Source: Gemmatimonadales bacterium
GTDB taxonomy: Bacteria > Gemmatimonadota > Gemmatimonadetes > Gemmatimonadales > GWC2-71-9
Assembly: GCA_041577295.1 (NCBI GenBank)
Contig: JBFGJG010000011.1
Location: 1 to 64,000 of the forward strand
Direction of reading: 5' to 3'
Length of the DNA stretch: 64,000 nucleotides
Both the position numbers and the translations under genes were made by a program. This document shows, one piece after another, positions 18,880 to 27,312 of the stretch (positions within the stretch are counted from its first letter, which is position 1; every line of letters starts with the position of its first letter). Below the pieces are notes generated by a model. The model did no database searches. It was not told where the DNA came from and saw only the letters and a list, made by a program, of their open reading frames with translations.

Positions 18880-20625
18880 ATGACGAACCGCGTTCGATCA
18901 ATCGATAGGCGAGGCATCGCCCTGGTCGTGGTGCTGCTCGTCGGAGTGGCGGTCGCCGCCATCACGCTTGGTGCCGGCATGTTGAGTACCAACACCTCGG
19001 CCATCGGCGTCTACAGTGAGCGTCTCAGCGTGTTGGAGGCCGTCGCCGATGCCGGGCTCGAAGAAGGCCGCTCGGCCATCAACGGCGATCCCACGCTTTA
19101 CCCCGACAGTGGATTTACCGTGCTCGAAGACGGGGTCGAGGTGCTGGATGCCGATGGACAGGTGATCACCGGTGTCCGCCGTTCCACGTACGTGGGCCCG
19201 ACCGGGGTCACCACCGGTCAGTACGGCGTCTTTGGCAGCATCGTCGTCGTGGTGGAAGACGACTATGGAAACACGATCGTTCGCCGCAACGAGGTCTCCC
19301 AGGAGAGCTTCGCCAAGTACGCGTACTTCACGAACAGTGAAGGCGGCAACATCGTTTTCGGTGGTGGTGATCAGATCTTTGGCCCCGTGCATTCCAACGA
19401 TCAGCTGAAAATGCACTCTTCCGGGGCCACCTTTCACGGACCGGTCGAGACTGCGTCGAACATCCAGGATCCCCAGAATGCGACCTTCTATCAGGGGTAT
19501 ACGGAGTTTGGTCGCTTCATTCCCCTCCCGCAGACGGCCGACCTGCTGAAGCTGCAGGCGCAGGCCCAGCAAGGGAACACTGCGTTCGTGGGCAACAGCG
19601 CGGGAGGAATGGGTCAGGCGACGACCAGGATCGAGTTTGTGGCGCTCGATCTCAACGGAGACGGCGATGTCAGTGACGACGACGAGGGCTTCATCAAGGT
19701 CTATCAGCATTTGACCAATGCCGCGTGGGTCTCGGCTGACGCCCCGCCGTCAATGCAGAATTCGATGAACTGTGGTGATTCTTTTGGGCACGCTTTCGTG
19801 CCCGCGGCGAGCCACAACCCTGCCGTGCACGGTCATAACTGGCGCGACGGCTTGCTCGACGCCAGCCGGCGGTGTTACCCGGGCGGTCACGACTCTATTT
19901 TCGGTGCGTTCACGCCGATAGACGGCCAGGGTGGATCGTGGCTCCCGTGGCCGGGTGCGGTGAGTCCTCTCGTGGCAGGCCGTCCGGATGGCGCGTACCT
20001 GTTCCCCATTACCCGGGCGCTCAATCCGTCTTTCAGAGGTGTTATCTACGTCCAGGGCAAGGTGGCCATCAGTGGGAGGATGCGGGGACGGGTGACGGTG
20101 GCGGCGACTGATGAGATCATCGTTTTGGACGATCTCACGTACTCCGTCGATCCGGGCGCGGGAACGTGCCGTGATATCTTGGGGATCTTCGGAGGCGCCA
20201 ACGTCGTGATGGCCGACAACACGATCAATGCCCCAACACGGCCCGGTGGTGGCGGCAACCCGAATCCGTATCTGACGTTCGACGATACGAAAGACGAGTT
20301 CGTTCATGGCGTCGTCCTTGCCCTCGGTAGCTTCACCACCGAGAACTACAACGCGGGCTCCAACAACGCGGAACTCTGTGAAGCTACGACCTGGGGTCGC
20401 GGCTGCCTGTACCTGACCGGTGGTGTCATCCAGGCAACCCGAGGGCCAGTAGGTCAGGCATCGGGTGAGGGCTATCTGAAGCGATACGCCTACGATCAGT
20501 GCGCCGCACAGGAACCACCACCGTACTTCCCAACGACGGGGCACTTTGCAAGAGGCCGATTCTTCGAGGTCGATCCCGTTGGCTTCGAGATTGGCGAGTA
20601 CTTCCGACTCCTTACCCCCTACTAA
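18880..20625 (+). CDS. Large PilX/GspK-like minor pilin 1 (~580 aa)
   Basis: RRG|IALVVVLL (no E5), ADAGLEEG, FAKYAYFT, GPVHSN, DLNGDGDVSDDDE, YDQCAAQEPPPYFP. Confidence 0.8.
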   Translation: MTNRVRSIDRRGIALVVVLLVGVAVAAITLGAGMLSTNTSAIGVYSERLSVLEAVADAGLEEGRSAINGDPTLYPDSGFTVLEDGVEVLDADGQVITGVRRSTYVGPTGVTTGQYGVFGSIVVVVEDDYGNTIVRRNEVSQESFAKYAYFTNSEGGNIVFGGGDQIFGPVHSNDQLKMHSSGATFHGPVETASNIQDPQNATFYQGYTEFGRFIPLPQTADLLKLQAQAQQGNTAFVGNSAGGMGQATTRIEFVALDLNGDGDVSDDDEGFIKVYQHLTNAAWVSADAPPSMQNSMNCGDSFGHAFVPAASHNPAVHGHNWRDGLLDASRRCYPGGHDSIFGAFTPIDGQGGSWLPWPGAVSPLVAGRPDGAYLFPITRALNPSFRGVIYVQGKVAISGRMRGRVTVAATDEIIVLDDLTYSVDPGAGTCRDILGIFGGANVVMADNTINAPTRPGGGGNPNPYLTFDDTKDEFVHGVVLALGSFTTENYNAGSNNAELCEATTWGRGCLYLTGGVIQATRGPVGQASGEGYLKRYAYDQCAAQEPPPYFPTTGHFARGRFFEVDPVGFEIGEYFRLLTPY

Positions 20626-20648
20626 CTCGCCGACTATTTCGGATACCG

Positions 20649-20680
20649 AGGCCCGCCCCCCTGGGGCGGGCTTTTGCTTT
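20649..20680 (+). terminator. Intrinsic terminator after PilX-like 1
   Basis: GCCCGCCCC-cct-GGGGCGGGC followed by TTTTGCTTT. Confidence 0.85.
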
Positions 20681-20767
20681 AGTCGATCGCTGACATCCCA
20701 AGAGGCGCACGGTCCGCTAGTGACCTGTGACCACGTTTTCTGGCGAGGATGTTCATATTCTCGGGAC

Positions 20768-20870
20768 GGTGGGTGGTTTCGAAAGGGCAAACCGCGGGCG
20801 ACCGCGGGACGCAAAGTCACGGGTCGGGGCGGGTGCCACGACAGCCGGACTGCCGAACGCCTCACCCACC
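20768..20870 (+). ncRNA. GEMM-I cyclic-dinucleotide riboswitch, G20 (c-di-GMP-I type)
   Basis: CGAAAGGGCAAACCGCGG-GCGA-CCGCGGGACGCAAAGTCACGGGTCG...CGACAGCCGGACTGCCGAA matches the Vc2-like GEMM layout, including a GNRA loop. The outer stem is GGTGGGTG/CACCCACC. Confidence 0.9.
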
Positions 20871-20957
20871 CGGCAGGCCGTTCTTCTACCGTGTCGACGC
20901 GGTCCCGTTCGTCGTCAGCCCGACGGTCGTCCCTCGATTGTTGGTGGGAGGCCTCCA

Positions 20958-22718
20958 ATGACGACCCGCTATCACACGCGCGACGACCGGGGCATCGCGA
21001 TCGTCGTCGTTCTTCTCATTGCGCTTGCGGTCACAGCCATTTCGCTGGGGGCGAGCATGGTCAGCTCGTCTGCCTCGGCAGTGGGCCGGTACTCTGAACG
21101 GCTCAGCGTGCTCGAGGCGGTGGCGGAAGCCGGGCTCGAAGAGGGCCGTTCGACGATCAACGGCAATTCGTCGCTCTACCCGGACAGCGGATTCTACACG
21201 CTCGAGAACGGTGTGGATGTGACCGATGCGGATGGCAATCCCATACCAGACGTGCGGCGATACACGTACGTGGGACCAACCGGTATCACGTCGGGTCAGT
21301 ACGGCGTGTTCGGCAGCGTGGTCGTCGTCGTGGTGGACGAATTTGGCAACAAGTTGGTCCGCCGAAACGAGGTTTTCCAAGAGAGTTTTGCCAAGTACGC
21401 GTACTTTACGGATAGCGAGGGTGGGAGCATTTGGTTTGGCGGTGGCGACCAGATCTTTGGCCCGCTACACACGAACGATCAGATGAAGATCCACTCCACC
21501 GGCGCCACTTTTCACAGCGAGGTGGAGACCGCACAGGACGTGTACCAACCACAATACGCCACGTTTAAACAGGGATACACGGAGTGGGGTCGCTACATAG
21601 CGATGCCGCAAACGGCTGACCTCATCAAGCTCCAGGCGCAAGGACAAGCGGGCAACACAACCTTTGTTGGGAACACCAACGGGGGTCAGGGAGAGGCCAC
21701 CACCCGTATCGAGTTCATCGCCGTTGATATCAATGGGGACGGCGATGTGAGCGATGATGACGAAGGCTTCATTCGCGTCTACCAAGCACTAGCCAACCCA
21801 AACTGGGTGACGGCAGACGCCATCGGAACGTCACTACAGACATCGCTCAACTGTGGTGACTTCTTGAACCATGGTGGGGCGTTTGTCCCAGCCTCTGCCC
21901 ATCCGGCTGGTGGACATGATTGGAAGACGGGGCTGCTGGATCCGAGTCGCCGGTGCTATCCCGGTGGGCATGATTCGATCTTTGGTGGTGTGTTCACGCC
22001 TGCCGATCCCCAGGGCGGGGTGTGGCTCCCCTGGCCTGGTGCTGTCGATCCAGCCGTACAGGCCGCGCGGGCCGCGGAGGGGGACGCACAGTTTCTCTTC
22101 CCGATCAATCGACGCTTCAACCCCTCGTTCAAGGGGGTGATCTTCGTCGAGGGCAAGGTCGCGATCAGCGGCGTGGTTCGTGGCCAGGTGACCGTTGCGG
22201 CGACCGACGAGATCGTGTTGGTGGACGACATTACGTATTCCGTGGATCCTGGCGCAGGAACGTGCACGGATATGCTCGGAATCTTCGGTGGCGGTGACGT
22301 GGTCGTGGCCGACAACACGATCAACGCACCAACCTTGCCGGGGGGCGGAAGTCCCAATCCTTATCTGACCTTCGACGATACCAAGGACGAGTTCATTCAC
22401 GGCGTGATCCTGGCGCTCGAAAACTTCACGGTGGAGAACTACAGTGCCGGATCGACCACAGCGGAGGCTTGCGAGGCTACGCCGTGGGGCCGTGGATGTC
22501 TCTATCTCACCGGCGGGGTGATTCAGGACGTGCGTGGTCCCGTTGGTCTGGCCTCCGGACGCGGGTACCTCAAGCGGTACTCGTACGATCAGTGCGCGGC
22601 GTCTGAGCCGCCCCCGTACTTCCCGACGACCGGGCACTTTGCGCGCGGCCGCTTCTACGAGGTAGATCCTACGAACTTCGACATCACCACCTTCTTCCGC
22701 CTGCTCACCCCTCAGTGA
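20958..22718 (+). CDS. Large PilX/GspK-like minor pilin 2 (close paralog of 18880..20625)
   Basis: DRG|IAIVVVLL; colinear with PilX-like 1 and shares long identical blocks; GGGAGG SD before the ATG at 20958. Confidence 0.82.
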   Translation: MTTRYHTRDDRGIAIVVVLLIALAVTAISLGASMVSSSASAVGRYSERLSVLEAVAEAGLEEGRSTINGNSSLYPDSGFYTLENGVDVTDADGNPIPDVRRYTYVGPTGITSGQYGVFGSVVVVVVDEFGNKLVRRNEVFQESFAKYAYFTDSEGGSIWFGGGDQIFGPLHTNDQMKIHSTGATFHSEVETAQDVYQPQYATFKQGYTEWGRYIAMPQTADLIKLQAQGQAGNTTFVGNTNGGQGEATTRIEFIAVDINGDGDVSDDDEGFIRVYQALANPNWVTADAIGTSLQTSLNCGDFLNHGGAFVPASAHPAGGHDWKTGLLDPSRRCYPGGHDSIFGGVFTPADPQGGVWLPWPGAVDPAVQAARAAEGDAQFLFPINRRFNPSFKGVIFVEGKVAISGVVRGQVTVAATDEIVLVDDITYSVDPGAGTCTDMLGIFGGGDVVVADNTINAPTLPGGGSPNPYLTFDDTKDEFIHGVILALENFTVENYSAGSTTAEACEATPWGRGCLYLTGGVIQDVRGPVGLASGRGYLKRYSYDQCAASEPPPYFPTTGHFARGRFYEVDPTNFDITTFFRLLTPQ

Positions 22719-22743
22719 ATGGCGTGAGCGGCTTCGTTGTTTC

Positions 22744-22774
22744 ACGGGCCCCGGTTCCTGCGGGGCCCGTTTTT
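22744..22774 (+). terminator. Intrinsic terminator after PilX-like 2
   Basis: ACGGGCCCCG-gttcctg-CGGGGCCCGT followed by TTTT. Confidence 0.85.
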
Positions 22775-22929
22775 CGTGTAGGGCTATGGGTGATGCACAA
22801 CTTTGCAGTTGGGGCTTGGCGCGACACCACCACATCGCGCAACGTGCTGCGCTTTGGTTCGAAGACCTGTCCCTTCGCGCTGCACGTAACTCATTGTCAA
22901 CAAGATCTTTAACTGGCTTCCATGGCGCT

Positions 22930-22945
22930 CGGCACGCGAGTTGCC
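22930..22945 (+). promoter_or_regulatory. Candidate sigma54 (-24/-12) promoter for pilin unit 3
   Basis: CGGCACGCGAGTTGCC, one mismatch from the element at 16620; IHF-like TAACTCATTGTCA at 22887-22899. Confidence 0.72.
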
Positions 22946-22988
22946 ACTACGCTGCGTAGACAGCGAACGGACATGGTGTCCGGGAACG

Positions 22989-23080
22989 CATTGCACCGAT
23001 AAGAGCAAACCGCGGGTAACCGCGGGGCGCAAAGCCACGGATCGTCAGCACCAACGATGGCCGGGCTGCCGAAGGCAATG
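22989..23080 (+). ncRNA. GEMM-I cyclic-dinucleotide riboswitch, A20 variant (predicted 3',3'-cGAMP/c-AMP-GMP type)
   Basis: CGATAAGAGCAAACCGCGG-GTAA-CCGCGGGGCGCAAAGCCACGGATCGT...ACGATGGCCGGGCTGCCGAA; outer stem CATTGC/GCAATG. A at 23004 occupies Vc2 position 20. Confidence 0.88.
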
Positions 23081-23265
23081 ACGATGACGAGAGTACTCAC
23101 ACAAGAACTGACTCCATCCGCTCTCCAAGCGTCCGCCAGCGTTCGGTTGGCGGGCCCATCCGGTTCTCACTTCGGACGTCGGCTCGATTCTCATCGGTTC
23201 ATTCTCAGCCGAGTGGCTGATGGGTCATCCCCCCGCAGTGGGCGGTGGGGCTTTGGAGGTTTGGT

Positions 23266-25395
23266 ATGACACGCGCGACTACCCCTCGCAACGAACGGGG
23301 CTTCGCTCTCGAGGCCACGTTCATGGTCTTGTTGCTCGTTTCCGTCTTGATTGGAGCCGCGGCACTCGGAGCGGCGACGGTCGTGCGGACTGCGGGTCAC
23401 GACTACCGAAACGCCCGGGTCTTTTACGCCGCCGAGGGCTCCACGGAAGCGATCATGGCGGATATCCAGATTGCGTTGGAGGACGGGTATCTCGATAGCA
23501 CGGAGCTAGATGACATCAGCCCCGAGCCCATCGAGGGCTTCGAGCTCGTGGATCTGCAAGTAAAGAAAGATGGCGCGGTAGTCCAGGAGACCATCACGGA
23601 CGGCCCGTTTGCTGGTCTCTACTCGCTCACGCAGCGCGTCAACATCTTTGCCGAAACGCGGGATGTGGCCGAGAATGCCAGCGCGCTCCATGTAGCGGTC
23701 AAGGCACAGGCCATTCCCATCTTTCAGTTTGGTGTCTTCTTCGAAAAGGATCTCGAGGCGACCAACGGTCCGCCGATGGAATTCGCCGGCTGGGTCCACT
23801 CGAATGGCAACATCTATCTTAGCTCGAACAACGCGTGGTACCGGGACGTGATCACCACACCCAACAAGGTGTTCCACGACCGGAAGGACCACCACAACGT
23901 GTACAACGGTGTCTTCATCAACGATGCGCTGGGCAACGAGGTCCAGCTCGACTTCGACAGCCGCACACACCCCACCGCAGACGCGTTTCGCGCCCAGAGC
24001 GACGCGCGGTTTGACAATCGATTGAAGACCGACGCGTACGAAGTCGATTCGCTCAAAGTCCCGCTGCCACCTGGTGTACCAGCAGCCGAAGTCCTGATGC
24101 CGCGCGAGGGCAGCGACACCGAGCGAGAGCGTCGGGCAAAGTTCGCCTGGAAAGCGGATATGTACGTGACGGTTGATCTGCAGCAGCTGGTCTCCAAGAC
24201 CGGCGCATGTGGTGGAAGCGGTCCAGGCACGCTCCCCACAGAGCAGTCCGGCTCACTTCCACCCGTGCTCATCGAGGCCCTGGGTTCGGTCTGTCCTGGC
24301 GCAACGGTCGAGTTTCGTGCAACCCATCCGCTGCTCACCTGCGATGAATTTGACGCTCGTGCCGATCTCGAGATCGACGCGGGCGCCGGCGGCCAATCGA
24401 CGCGTGTCATGGATGGCTGCGTGTTCAGCTACTTCATACCCCTGAACGCAGACCGGCTAGAGATAGAGATCCGCCTTGACGACCAGGATTATGCGCAGTT
24501 GGTCGCCGACGCGGACGGGAGGAGTCGGTGGCTGTCGTGGGACTGTAACGGACAATCCGGCTTCGTTCCATGGCCGAAGATCACGGTCACCCGCTCCGGT
24601 GGGCTCGAAGTCCCCCAGAAACAAGAGATCTGCGACATCTTTGCCTGGCAGTGGGCCAACTACTATGACGGTCGTGAGCTCAACTTCATGGACGTCATGA
24701 ACTTCAACATTGCCGAGCTGACGGCGTGGGTCGGCGGGAGCGCAAGTCGGGCGACCGAGATCGTCTACTTCGAATTCATCGTACCGGAGCCCATGGCCGG
24801 CTACCACTCGGCGGCGGTGGCTCTATTGCGGGACGGCGCCGTCGACGCCGCGGTCCGGCTCGTGAACGGTGCCGTCCTGCCCAATCGCATGACCGTCGCA
24901 ACGCACCACCCGTTGTACGTCAAGGGCGATTACAACAGCGTGAGCTGGAAGTCAGCGGCGCTGGTGGGTGACGCGCTGACGATCCTGTCGAACTCCTGGC
25001 TCGATGCAGCCCATCAGGATCCGGTGGTCATCAAGACGGGTGCCAGCCCAACCCAGGTTTGGGCCGCGGTGCTCGCAGGCCACTCAGCCACGCCATGCGA
25101 CCACGAGGACGCGGGTTGCTCGGGTGGATACACGGACTTCTACGGCGGCGGGATCGAAAATTTCCCACGCTTCTTGGAGTCGTGGGGATCATCCAACCCG
25201 TTCACCTATCGCGGGTCGCTGGTCTCGCTGCACACCAGCCAGATTGCCATTGGCACGTGGAACGGCAGCTACTACAGCCCCCCGAAGCGTGATTGGCAGT
25301 TCGATACGCGCTTCGAGGATCCTGCGAATCTTCCCCCGGGAACACCGGTCGTCGGACAGGTCATTCGGACCGCGTTCCGGCCCGTCTATCAGTAG
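23266..25395 (+). CDS. Large PilX-like minor pilin 3 (~709 aa, divergent; set B)
   Basis: ERG|FALEATF, VFYAAEG, IPIFQFGVFF, GWVHSNGNIY, ENFPRFLESW, YSPPKRDWQFD, LPPGTP; GGAGG SD. Confidence 0.8.
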   Translation: MTRATTPRNERGFALEATFMVLLLVSVLIGAAALGAATVVRTAGHDYRNARVFYAAEGSTEAIMADIQIALEDGYLDSTELDDISPEPIEGFELVDLQVKKDGAVVQETITDGPFAGLYSLTQRVNIFAETRDVAENASALHVAVKAQAIPIFQFGVFFEKDLEATNGPPMEFAGWVHSNGNIYLSSNNAWYRDVITTPNKVFHDRKDHHNVYNGVFINDALGNEVQLDFDSRTHPTADAFRAQSDARFDNRLKTDAYEVDSLKVPLPPGVPAAEVLMPREGSDTERERRAKFAWKADMYVTVDLQQLVSKTGACGGSGPGTLPTEQSGSLPPVLIEALGSVCPGATVEFRATHPLLTCDEFDARADLEIDAGAGGQSTRVMDGCVFSYFIPLNADRLEIEIRLDDQDYAQLVADADGRSRWLSWDCNGQSGFVPWPKITVTRSGGLEVPQKQEICDIFAWQWANYYDGRELNFMDVMNFNIAELTAWVGGSASRATEIVYFEFIVPEPMAGYHSAAVALLRDGAVDAAVRLVNGAVLPNRMTVATHHPLYVKGDYNSVSWKSAALVGDALTILSNSWLDAAHQDPVVIKTGASPTQVWAAVLAGHSATPCDHEDAGCSGGYTDFYGGGIENFPRFLESWGSSNPFTYRGSLVSLHTSQIAIGTWNGSYYSPPKRDWQFDTRFEDPANLPPGTPVVGQVIRTAFRPVYQ

Positions 25396-25404
25396 GAGGT
25401 TGAA

Positions 25405-25989
25405 GTGAAGCTGGGTAGATATCGACCGAAGGTTCGCCCTGCACGCGGTTTTACACTGATCGAGGCGATCGTGGTGCTGTCCATCGTGGGCGTGGTTCTC
25501 GGGATTGCTGCGCCGAAGATGCGAGTCAGCCCTGTCCGAAAGGTGCGGACCACGGCGATCCAGCTGCAACGTGATCTTGAGCTGTCCCGTACGCGGGCGC
25601 TGAGCACCAAAAAGACGACACGCTTCAAGTTCGACGTTTCGGGGAACGCGTATCAGGGATATCTCGATCACGATCGCAACGGCCTGATCGAGGAGACCGC
25701 CGCTGAGTCGGACGCCCTCCACGCCTTTGGTAGACGGGAGCTTCCCAAGGACCTGAAGTTTGGTCTCGGTACACCGGGCCGGATCCCTGAGGATTCGACC
25801 GGTGGTAGCGCGGTCACGTTTGCGAACGACTTAGTGGAGTTCGGCTCCCGTGGCGTCACCATACCCTTCGGAGTCCGCGGCGTGGTGTATCTGGTTCATC
25901 GTGACGACCCCGACGCAGTAGCCGCGATTGGGGTGTCTGGTTCGGGGTCATTCAAGGTTTGGGCATATCGAGATGGAGCGTGGCGATGA
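25405..25989 (+). CDS. Type IV minor pilin, FimT/GspH-like (set B)
   Basis: ARG|FTLIEAIVV; VEFGSRG; AGGAGG SD before the GTG. Confidence 0.85.
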   Translation: MKLGRYRPKVRPARGFTLIEAIVVLSIVGVVLGIAAPKMRVSPVRKVRTTAIQLQRDLELSRTRALSTKKTTRFKFDVSGNAYQGYLDHDRNGLIEETAAESDALHAFGRRELPKDLKFGLGTPGRIPEDSTGGSAVTFANDLVEFGSRGVTIPFGVRGVVYLVHRDDPDAVAAIGVSGSGSFKVWAYRDGAWR

Positions 25990-26369
25990 GAAGCGAATCC
26001 GGGTTCACCCTTATCTCAGTGCTCATCGCGCTGGTGTTGCTCTCGATCGGTCTGATGTCAGTCTCTCGCGCAAGCAGCGGGGTGCTCCAGGCGCATACTG
26101 TCGCAGGTAGCCGCACCGCCGCGGTGGCCATCGCTCGCGGCCACATGGAGCTCATCCGCAGCCAACCCCCCGGCACGCTCGAATCTGAAGCCCCCGTGCT
26201 CGTGAACGAGAGCGGCCTGCCTGACCCCAGCGGCGCGTACACGAGAAGCGTGATCGTCGAAGACGTTCGGGACAACCTCTTGAGCATCCGGGTCGTGGTG
26301 CTCTTTCCGCGATCTGATCGGCCGGTCGAACTGCACACCTTCGCTTTCGTCGGCAACATCGGCAGTTAG
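25986..26369 (+). CDS. Type IV minor pilin, PilV-like (set B)
   Basis: ESG|FTLISVLIAL; ATGA coupling to the upstream gene. Confidence 0.8.
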   Translation: MRSESGFTLISVLIALVLLSIGLMSVSRASSGVLQAHTVAGSRTAAVAIARGHMELIRSQPPGTLESEAPVLVNESGLPDPSGAYTRSVIVEDVRDNLLSIRVVVLFPRSDRPVELHTFAFVGNIGS

Positions 26370-26377
26370 GAGAAACG

Positions 26378-27304
26378 ATGTCCGCGGTACAAAGAAGCAG
26401 ACAGGGATTCACGTTGGTTGAGTTGGCGATCTCGCTCGTCATGGGCGTGCTCGTTCTCTCGGCCTCCATCTCCTTTGCGCTGTCGATGTGGCGCACGATC
26501 GAAGGCAACGTCCTCCGCGATGACGTGCACCGCAATAGCCGCTTTGTCGCGATGTCCTTGGAGCGAGATTTCCAGTTCACCGGGGTGGGGATTCGCAGCA
26601 CAACCTCGTTTGGTACGCTCGCGATTTGGGGTGATACGATCGTCATCTTGAGTGTCCCCTTCGATCCGAATGAGGCGCCACCCTACGATCTCGACCCGCC
26701 ACCCGGCACGGATAACCCGTTGCCGGTCGGCGGTACTTGCGGAGCGCAGTGCGTCGATCTCGTCGCGCAGACTGGCAGTGTCGAACTCGAGAAGGGGAAC
26801 CTGGCGCGCCTTCAGGTAAACGACGAGCGTCGTCTCATACTGCTCTCGGGCGTGACGGGCGCGGGGAGTACCGCGCAGGCGTGGTTCACGAGCCATCCCA
26901 CGTTATTCCGCTACACCGCAGGGCTGACGGGCGGTCTCAGGCTCGATCGGTACAGCACGTTCGTCCAGCGGTTGAGCGTGACAGCGTACTACAAAGACGG
27001 TGACCGTTTGATGCGCGCCGAGGGGCTCAACATGGACGGCACACCAAACGGCGAGGTCTTGGCCTACGGTGTCCAGTCGTTCGAGGTATATGCGTTGTTT
27101 CGGGACGGGGATGAGGCAGACGAGGTGAATATTCAGGATTCCGATCCGACCAACGATTTTGACGACGTTGTTGGTGTGCGTATCCGGACAGTGCTAGCGG
27201 CCGACCACATCGATCCGCGGGTCAATGAAGGTGAGCTGTTCACGCGCGAATACGAGTGGCGCTTTGCTCCTCGCAACTTGATGTACGAGCGGGACCGCCT
27301 GTAG
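26378..27304 (+). CDS. Type IV minor pilin, PilW-like (set B)
   Basis: RQG|FTLVELAISL, LERDFQFTG, C-terminal APRNL. Confidence 0.82.
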   Translation: MSAVQRSRQGFTLVELAISLVMGVLVLSASISFALSMWRTIEGNVLRDDVHRNSRFVAMSLERDFQFTGVGIRSTTSFGTLAIWGDTIVILSVPFDPNEAPPYDLDPPPGTDNPLPVGGTCGAQCVDLVAQTGSVELEKGNLARLQVNDERRLILLSGVTGAGSTAQAWFTSHPTLFRYTAGLTGGLRLDRYSTFVQRLSVTAYYKDGDRLMRAEGLNMDGTPNGEVLAYGVQSFEVYALFRDGDEADEVNIQDSDPTNDFDDVVGVRIRTVLAADHIDPRVNEGELFTREYEWRFAPRNLMYERDRL

Positions 27305-27312
27305 GCACTGGG

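Noticed and set aside
18880..22718. PilX1/PilX2 similarity as a diversity-generating retroelement TR/VR pair or silent-cassette antigenic variation
   Set aside because: No reverse transcriptase in the window. Both copies are full genes with their own starts, and the differences include many synonymous changes that are not adenine-specific.
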